Shown here: positions 1 through 4,128 of the stretch, one piece after another | Layout of the letters: each line of letters begins with the position of its first letter | Position numbering within the stretch: the first letter of the stretch is position 1 | DNA from: a virus | Taxonomy: Duplodnaviria; Heunggongvirae; Uroviricota; Caudoviricetes | Virus record (IMG/VR): IMGVR_UViG_2740892426_000002 | Strand: one strand, 5' to 3' | Length of the DNA stretch: 6,068 bases | Program-made: the position numbers and the translations under genes | The notes under the pieces: generated by a model | The model's database searches: none | The model's input: the letters and a program-made list of their open reading frames with translations, nothing else | Told to the model about the DNA's origin: nothing

Positions 1-497
1 CTACTTATGAGTATGAAGGATTCGGCGTGGGTGCAACCTATGCTAAATCAGATCGCACTGACGGTCAGGTCGCCTATGGTAAGAGCAAATTCAATGCCTC
101 CGGCAAAAATGCGGAAGTATGGGCTGCAGGCCTGAAATATGATGCGAACAATATCTATCTGGCTACCACATATTCTGAAACTCAGAATATGACCGTTTTT
201 GGTAATAACCATATTGCAAACAAAGCACAAAACTTTGAAGCAGTAGCACAATATCAGTTTGACTTCGGTCTGCGACCATCTGTTGCTTACCTTCAGTCAA
301 AAGGTAAAGACCTTGGTGTTCATGGTGACCGAGACTTAGTCAAGTATGTCGATGTCGGTGCTACTTACTACTTTAATAAAAACATGTCCACTTTTGTTGA
401 TTACAAAATCAACTTAATTGACGATAGTAAGTTTACCAAAACAGCTGGTATTGATACCGACGACATCGTCGCTGTAGGTCTGGTTTATCAGTTCTAA
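1..497 (+). CDS. nmpC: General outer-membrane porin (OmpC/OmpF/NmpC family), 3' portion; the 5' end lies outside the window
   Basis: Frame is open from the window edge (codons from nt 3: [22 protein letters not shown]...) to TAA at 495-497. The translation ...[22 protein letters not shown]...[33 protein letters not shown]...[27 protein letters not shown]...[12 protein letters not shown] closely resembles the C-terminal beta-strands of enterobacterial general porins, including the terminal ...GLVYQF. It is convergent with the Q gene, as nmpC is with quuD in DLP12-type prophages. The symbol rests on recalled similarity and context, not a search. Confidence 0.85.
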   Translation, partial: TYEYEGFGVGATYAKSDRTDGQVAYGKSKFNASGKNAEVWAAGLKYDANNIYLATTYSETQNMTVFGNNHIANKAQNFEAVAQYQFDFGLRPSVAYLQSKGKDLGVHGDRDLVKYVDVGATYYFNKNMSTFVDYKINLIDDSKFTKTAGIDTDDIVAVGLVYQF

Positions 498-505
498 TCT
501 GACTT

Positions 506-548
506 ACGAAAAAGATATGTTGCGGGAGGCTTTGCCTCCGCAACATAT
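506..548 (-). terminator. Putative rho-independent terminator for minus-strand transcripts leaving the Q region (tR'-like); long bulged hairpin plus U-tract
   Basis: Inverted repeat ATATGTTGCGGGAGGC (515-530) / GCCTCCGCAACATAT (534-548) with a 3-nt loop gives a 15-bp stem with one bulged G. On the minus strand it is followed directly by CTTTTTCG (complement of + 507-514). There is no U-tract on the + side. Confidence 0.5.
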
Positions 549-634
549 AAGTGGAGCCCTCAAGCCACTTCCTTTAGAAGCACTACCTTGCTTCTTACTA
601 TATAAACCTTCTGTTATATATTACCCTTTATTTT

Positions 635-660
635 GGGGGCGTTTCCACGCCCCATTTTTA
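635..660 (+). terminator. Putative rho-independent terminator (copy 1) downstream of the porin gene
   Basis: Stem GGGGCGT (636-642), loop TTCC, stem ACGCCCC (647-653), then A + TTTTT (655-659) on the + strand. Confidence 0.55.
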
Positions 661-676
661 ATAACTTTTAGTAAAA

Positions 677-702
677 GGGGGCGTTTCCACGCCCCATTTT
701 TA
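677..702 (+). terminator. Putative rho-independent terminator (copy 2); may also act weakly on the minus strand
   Basis: Same hairpin and T5 tract as copy 1. On the minus strand this copy is followed by C + TTTT (complement of + 673-676), so some bidirectional activity between the convergent porin and Q genes is possible. Confidence 0.5.
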
Positions 703-727
703 ATAACTTTTAGTAAACAATTGCATA

Positions 728-1111
728 TCAATTAGAATTATTAGCAACGATATCCATATCTAACCGGATATCTAATGCCATTAACATCCCTTCAATTATG
801 CCCTCAGCCTTCTGTAACCTTTTCCCGATATAACCATCCGAGCAGCAATGCTTACTTGCCAGTGACATGAATGTCATACCACATACATAATAATCTACTA
901 ATAAATCGTGTAAATCGCTGTTGTTCTTTTTCAGACGGGCCATGCACCCGCAAATGATCATCGCGTCATCGTCACAACATTGCGGGCGAGATTTTACTTT
1001 TGAAGGAATTAATCCCTTAAAACCGGCGGCAACGGACGACCAGGTCACATCTTCATGATTATTAGCCGCCCACGCTCCCCAACGCTCAAGAACCATCTGA
1101 ATATCACGCAT
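728..1111 (-). CDS. quuD: Lambdoid prophage late-gene antiterminator Q homolog (QuuD-like, 127 aa, Cys-rich putative Zn-binding)
   Basis: ORF 728..1126 (-) reads [24 protein letters not shown]...[19 protein letters not shown]...[19 protein letters not shown]...NNSN. I prefer the ATG at 1111..1109, which has GGAG 7 nt upstream (TTGTGGAGTAAGTTGATG) and gives 127 aa; the ORF-track start at 1126 is a TTG. Stop TGA at 730-728. It follows rusA-ylcG as in DLP12. Confidence 0.85.
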   Translation of the reverse strand: MRDIQMVLERWGAWAANNHEDVTWSSVAAGFKGLIPSKVKSRPQCCDDDAMIICGCMARLKKNNSDLHDLLVDYYVCGMTFMSLASKHCCSDGYIGKRLQKAEGIIEGMLMALDIRLDMDIVANNSN

Positions 1112-1196
1112 CAACTTACTCCACAAAAATCAGACCAGAACGCCAATTACAAGCAAAAATCAACAAAACAGTATTAGTTGATTGTTATCTCTGACT

Positions 1197-1337
1197 TCAT
1201 ACTCCTGCTCCTGTCAGGGTTTTGGCGTAATTCTTCAGTATTCGGTAATCGGTCAAAACAGAACCAGGAAAACGATATAAGCGCAGGCGCACCCAGCGGC
1301 GGCGAAGACGCTCTGCCATATAAGACTCAAACATCAT
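1197..1337 (-). CDS. ylcG: Small DLP12-type prophage protein YlcG-like (46 aa); below the ORF-track length cutoff
   Basis: Hand translation of the minus strand from ATG 1337..1335 gives [46 protein letters not shown], with TGA at 1199-1197. The start overlaps the rusA stop (ATGA). The 46-aa length and position between rusA and Q match ylcG; residue-level identity was not checked. Confidence 0.6.
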   Translation of the reverse strand: MMFESYMAERLRRRWVRLRLYRFPGSVLTDYRILKNYAKTLTGAGV

Positions 1338-1696
1338 TCATCTCCCAGTTCAGTGATAGTCAGCTCCAGCTTCCCACCTTTGGTAACGGGCATCTTCACA
1401 ACGCGGTAATCAACGACCTGAGCATCATCCAGCCAGAAACCTGCTTTGGTGAGTGCGTCAAAAGCGGCCTTTTGCAGATTATCAAGGTCACGGCGACGGC
1501 GATCCGGCATGTGGCACTCAATGCTGATTTTCACAGGAATAGCCAGGCCGATATCCAGCATTGCGTTTTTAATGATTCGGGCGACATTATCGCGGTATGC
1601 CTGCCCCTCTGCGCTGATATGCGTGCGTCCGCGATTATGGCGGTAATAGCGATTATTGCTCGGCGGCCAGGGTAATGTGATGCTGTAGGTATTCAC
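1334..1696 (-). CDS. rusA: Holliday-junction resolvase RusA (crossover junction endodeoxyribonuclease), 120 aa
   Basis: Translation [50 protein letters not shown]...[48 protein letters not shown]...TITELGDE matches RusA as I recall it. The ATG at 1696 overlaps the ybcO stop (ATGA). Confidence 0.92.
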   Translation of the reverse strand: MNTYSITLPWPPSNNRYYRHNRGRTHISAEGQAYRDNVARIIKNAMLDIGLAIPVKISIECHMPDRRRRDLDNLQKAAFDALTKAGFWLDDAQVVDYRVVKMPVTKGGKLELTITELGDE

Positions 1697-1983
1697 GCCT
1701 CAATAACCCCCTCTTTCAACCAGATAACCTGTGTTCTCGCCATACCTTCCAGCGCGCATTCTTTTGCATATCCAGCGTCAACAAAATGCGTGCGACGGTC
1801 GATTTCGTCGTGGCAGGCAGAACATGCAATGGTGGCAATCAGGTCTGGCGGTTTGATACCGGTACAGCACAATCCAGCCAGCCGGATATGTGCCAGTACT
1901 GACGTTTCAGGATTGCCATTACATACGCCAGGGATTCTTACCTGGCATTCCCGACCACGCGCTGCTTTTCTCAAATCAGCCAT
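1693..1983 (-). CDS. ybcO: DLP12-type prophage protein YbcO (putative Cys/His metal-binding nuclease, 96 aa)
   Basis: Internal ATG at 1983..1981 is preceded by a perfect AGGAGG (AAGGAGGAATCATG) and yields [35 protein letters not shown]...[44 protein letters not shown] (96 aa). The ORF-track start at 2022 is a TTG lying inside ninE. Stop TGA at 1695-1693. Confidence 0.85.
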   Translation of the reverse strand: MADLRKAARGRECQVRIPGVCNGNPETSVLAHIRLAGLCCTGIKPPDLIATIACSACHDEIDRRTHFVDAGYAKECALEGMARTQVIWLKEGVIEA

Positions 1984-2146
1984 GATTCCTCCTTGCTGCC
2001 AGTCGCAACCATTTTTTATCAACCAGGCTGGCGGTATACCCGAGCAGTGTTGGTATTTCGGATGGCTTCAGCTCAGGTTTACGCTTACGACGATTTGGTA
2101 CTTTGTAGATGTGTCCGTTCATGACACGAATAAGCGGTGTAGCCAT
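1976..2146 (-). CDS. ninE: NinE-like small nin-region protein (56 aa); below the ORF-track length cutoff
   Basis: Hand translation from ATG 2146..2144 gives [56 protein letters not shown], with TGA at 1978-1976. The ATG overlaps the ybcN stop (TAATG) and the 3' end overlaps the ybcO start by 8 nt. Basic, Arg/Lys-rich small protein, as expected for NinE. Confidence 0.75.
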   Translation of the reverse strand: MATPLIRVMNGHIYKVPNRRKRKPELKPSEIPTLLGYTASLVDKKWLRLAARRNHG

Positions 2147-2601
2147 TACGCCTCCTGCTTGTCGCGCAGCAGCTGGAACTCGCAGCTCTGCGGAATAGTC
2201 AGGTGGCAGCCAATATTCATCGCCCAGGCTTCAACCTTACACAGGAAGACATACATCTCTCCGGTATCAAGATCGGAGGTATGGCGTAACGACTGGATAG
2301 TAGTGATTTCGCCGGTTACGACATCAACCAGGTCCTTGGTTTCATAACCGAGGTATGTGTGTTTGAGAGCATCTTTTACCCATGCTGCGGTAGCGAACGA
2401 TTTCCCCCTGCTGATGAGGTATTCACTGATTTCGCTGTACCACATATGGCTGAGTGCATTCTGGGAAAGACTGCGTTTCTCACGCCACGGTTTAAGCACC
2501 ATGCGAAAGCATTTTCCGTCCTCCAGATAAGGCTGGATCTGCTGGCCGATAGCGATGAAGTTACCGCGATGCAGTTTGATGCCATCTTGTGGTAGGTTCA
2601 C
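2146..2601 (-). CDS. ybcN: YbcN, probable NinB/Orf-family recombination-associated protein, 151 aa
   Basis: ORF with GTG start at 2601..2599 preceded by GGAGGT at a 5-nt spacing. Translation [62 protein letters not shown]...LRDKQEA. The [11 protein letters not shown] segment resembles the lambda Orf/NinB core as I recall it. Confidence 0.85.
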   Translation of the reverse strand: MNLPQDGIKLHRGNFIAIGQQIQPYLEDGKCFRMVLKPWREKRSLSQNALSHMWYSEISEYLISRGKSFATAAWVKDALKHTYLGYETKDLVDVVTGEITTIQSLRHTSDLDTGEMYVFLCKVEAWAMNIGCHLTIPQSCEFQLLRDKQEA

Positions 2602-2699
2602 GCTTCACCTCCACAGAGGTCAGACGCTGGATGCAAAAAAACGCAGGTGCATTTCTGCATCTGTGAAGGGAGAAGAGAGTTTGGATTGTGTGTGCGCAT
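2598..2699 (-). CDS. ylcH: Small ORF (33 aa) in the position of DLP12 ylcH, just upstream of and overlapping the ybcN start
   Basis: Minus-strand ATG at 2699..2697, with GGGGA 5 nt upstream, gives [33 protein letters not shown]. The TGA at 2600-2598 overlaps the ybcN GTG (GTGA). Length and position fit ylcH, but the ORF also contains a terminator-like hairpin plus T7 run, so it may be a non-coding leader instead. Confidence 0.4.
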   Translation of the reverse strand: MRTHNPNSLLPSQMQKCTCVFLHPASDLCGGEA

Positions 2700-2723
2700 A
2701 AACGTCCCCGTTTAGCGCAGAAG

Positions 2724-2750
2724 TCACCGGAGTTGTTCAGGCTCCGGTGA
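2724..2750. promoter_or_regulatory. Perfect 9-bp inverted repeat with 9-bp spacer; candidate operator or leader hairpin at the predicted start of the nin-operon transcript
   Basis: TCACCGGAG (2724-2732) - TTGTTCAGG - CTCCGGTGA (2742-2750). It sits 4 bp from the candidate -10 element and has no adjacent U-tract on either strand. Confidence 0.4.
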
Positions 2751-2754
2751 TACA

Positions 2755-2783
2755 ATTATGGCGAATTGATTATTCATAATCAA
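2755..2783 (-). promoter_or_regulatory. Candidate sigma70 promoter driving the minus-strand ylcH-ybcN-ninE-ybcO-rusA-ylcG-quuD chain
   Basis: Minus strand reads TTGATT (-35, complement of + 2778-2783), a 17-nt spacer, then CATAAT (-10, complement of + 2755-2760). The predicted start near 2748 falls inside the inverted repeat. Sequence-pattern match only. Confidence 0.3.
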
Positions 2784-2920
2784 ACAAGATAAGGTCTCAA
2801 ACTTCATGCAAGCCAAGATTTATTTCTGACAGAATTATACAAAGAAGCTATTGGTCAGAATCTACTCGGACTGTAAAACATACGCATAACCTTAAGCTCT
2901 CACTTTAAGCATTGTTGAAA

Positions 2921-2992
2921 TAATAGCCGTCAAGTACAACCTTAACCACGACTGGGATATTTCCCTGGCTACCACGAGTTGTACGGCTATTA
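2921..2992. repeat. Long interrupted inverted repeat upstream of the esterase gene (10 + 5 bp arms with a 5-nt bulge, 37-nt loop)
   Basis: TAATAGCCGT (2921-2930) pairs with ACGGCTATTA (2983-2992), and ACAAC (2936-2940) pairs with GTTGT (2978-2982). The loop contains an imperfect 9-bp direct repeat, ACCACGACT (2945-2953) and ACCACGAGT (2971-2979). Confidence 0.7.
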
Positions 2993-3048
2993 AACTGCCG
3001 TTAAATTCAGTAAGAGAATTTCATCCGATAAGTCAAGGCATGTAAAAC

Positions 3049-4092
3049 ATGAAAATTAACAAGATATTATCATCTGCAACACTATTGTATGGTATGTCAA
3101 TGGCCATGTCGGTCGGGAGTTGTGCAACACCTGTCCAGACTAATCTTCCTGGTTACACCCCGGGTGCAGATATCATTAGTGTTTCACCGACCAGAAACCA
3201 AGTCGATCTCATTGGTGATGTTGTTTATTCCCAGATAAAAGGAACTCGTTCTGTCAGACAGCTTCACATGTCAGTTCTTGTCCCGCGAACAAATGATTTA
3301 AAACCAGCCATTATTTATTATCCCGGCGGCGGATTCATGTCTTCTGAACATGACAAATTTATTGAAATGAGAATGGCTCTGGCAGAAGCTGGTTTTGTTG
3401 TGGCCGCTGTAGAATACAGAACAATTCCTGATACATTTCCAGCACCAGTTGAGGATGGAAAAGCTGCAATACGTTACCTGAGAGAGCATGCCAGCAATTA
3501 TGGGATTGATCCTCAAAGAATCGGAGTTCTGGGTGACTCTGCCGGTGGATGGCTTGCTCAGATGATGGGAACTACAAATGGTGACAAAACCTTTGATAAA
3601 GGTGACTTTCTTCAGCAATCCTCAGATGTTCAGGCAGTTGCCACACTTTATGGGATTTCTGACTTGTTGAATATTGGCGAGGGGTTCCCTGAATCAGTGC
3701 AGGAGGTTCATCGCTCTCCTGCCGTAACCGAAGCCTTAATGATCAATGGCCCTGCATTCAGAAATTTTGCGGGAGCCCCCATCACAGCGTCAAAAGAAAA
3801 AGCGCTAAACGCCAGTCCAATCGGACATATGAAAGGAGTAAAACCCCCATTTCTTATTATGCATGGTAGCAAAGACACTCTGGTTTCACCTGAGCAAAGC
3901 GCCAAACTATTCAGGATGTTGAAGAAGAACGGCGATAACGCTGAGTACGTGCTGGTAGAAGGGGCCGAGCATGGCGATAAGACATGGTATCAGCCAATTA
4001 TTATAAACAGAGTCGTTGAGTGGTTTACTAAAAACCTGGGAGCGCCTATAAAAACAGCTCCCCAACAACAAAACCCAAACGCTAACCTGTAA
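3049..4092 (+). CDS. Secreted, probably lipoprotein, alpha/beta-hydrolase fold esterase/lipase (HSL/Abhydrolase_3-like), 347 aa
   Basis: N-terminal signal peptide MKINKILSSATLLYGMSMAMSVGSC with lipobox-like SVGS-C (Cys25). Oxyanion-hole-type motif YYPGGGF, nucleophile elbow GDSAGG, candidate acid in HGSKD and His in GAEHG are in the order expected for the catalytic triad. Stop TAA at 4090-4092. The Shine-Dalgarno is weak and the start context AT-rich. Confidence 0.85.
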   Translation: MKINKILSSATLLYGMSMAMSVGSCATPVQTNLPGYTPGADIISVSPTRNQVDLIGDVVYSQIKGTRSVRQLHMSVLVPRTNDLKPAIIYYPGGGFMSSEHDKFIEMRMALAEAGFVVAAVEYRTIPDTFPAPVEDGKAAIRYLREHASNYGIDPQRIGVLGDSAGGWLAQMMGTTNGDKTFDKGDFLQQSSDVQAVATLYGISDLLNIGEGFPESVQEVHRSPAVTEALMINGPAFRNFAGAPITASKEKALNASPIGHMKGVKPPFLIMHGSKDTLVSPEQSAKLFRMLKKNGDNAEYVLVEGAEHGDKTWYQPIIINRVVEWFTKNLGAPIKTAPQQQNPNANL

Positions 4093-4095
4093 AAA

Positions 4096-4118
4096 GAGGG
4101 AGGGCTAAGCCCTCCCCA
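4096..4118. terminator. Terminator hairpin shared by the convergent esterase (+) and adhesin (-) genes; stronger on the minus strand
   Basis: GGGAGGGCT (4098-4106) / AGCCCTCCC (4108-4116) is a perfect GC-rich palindrome. On the minus strand it is followed by TCTTTTT (complement of + 4091-4097), 13 nt after the adhesin stop. On the + strand it starts 6 nt after the esterase stop and is followed by CATTCAATTTTGTT, a weaker, displaced U-tract. Confidence 0.6.
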
Positions 4119-4128
4119 TTCAATTTTG

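Larger units (their letters stand above)
635..718. repeat. Perfect tandem direct duplication of a 42-bp unit (2 copies, 41/42 identical), each unit holding a GC-rich hairpin
   Basis: Copy 1 at 635-676 is GGGGGCGTTTCCACGCCCCATTTTTAATAACTTTTAGTAAAA. Copy 2 at 677-718 is identical except the last base (C). Confidence 0.95.

Noticed and set aside
48-251. Minus-strand 67-aa ORF inside the porin gene
   Set aside because: Antisense to a strongly supported porin coding sequence; no ribosome-binding site or recognisable protein features.
635-718. Possible CRISPR array, suggested by the exact tandem repeats
   Set aside because: Only two directly abutting 42-bp copies with no intervening unique spacers. 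Each unit is a hairpin plus T-tract, so this is a duplicated terminator, not a CRISPR array.
517-735. ORF-track + strand ORF of 72 aa
   Set aside because: It runs straight through the terminator hairpins and the tandem repeat, so its translation is internally repetitive. It lies in the convergent intergenic region and has no ribosome-binding site.
728-1126. Longer Q ORF starting at TTG 1126 (MWSKL...), and longer ybcO ORF starting at TTG 2022
   Set aside because: Downstream ATG starts (1111 and 1983) have properly spaced GGAG/AGGAGG sites and give the lengths expected for QuuD (127 aa) and YbcO (96 aa). The TTG extensions lack ribosome-binding sites, and the ybcO extension would lie inside ninE.
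1112-1196. Internal promoter or terminator in the 85-bp gap between ylcG and quuD
   Set aside because: The gap is T-rich on the minus strand, but I found no stable hairpin and no -35/-10 pair at proper spacing; the best -10-like hexamer, TGTAAT, lacks a matching -35. Q is expected to be read from the upstream operon transcript.
1178-2595. Plus-strand ORFs 1178..1675, 1446..1646, 1790..2347 and 2359..2595, and minus-strand 2376..2585
   Set aside because: All are antisense to, or out of frame within, the well-supported rusA, ybcO, ninE and ybcN genes. Their translations are Cys/Arg/Ser-rich with no recognisable family, typical of shadow ORFs.
2561-2755. Minus-strand 64-aa ORF overlapping the ybcN start
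   Set aside because: It starts at a TTG, is in a different frame from the ylcH-like ORF, overlaps the ybcN start and Shine-Dalgarno, and has no ribosome-binding site. Its TTG start also lies inside the -10 element of the candidate promoter.
2750-3048. tRNA gene, attachment-site core or mobile-element end at the prophage/islet junction; small minus-strand peptides of 17 and 27 aa starting at 2777 and 2807
   Set aside because: No tRNA-like T-arm or acceptor pattern and no integrase or transposase ORF nearby. The small peptides lack Shine-Dalgarno sequences and simply read through the palindrome. A junction role for the region is still possible but unsupported.
3298-3905. Minus-strand ORFs 3298..3618 and 3708..3905 inside the esterase gene
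   Set aside because: Antisense shadow ORFs within a gene that shows a complete signal peptide and ordered catalytic motifs.
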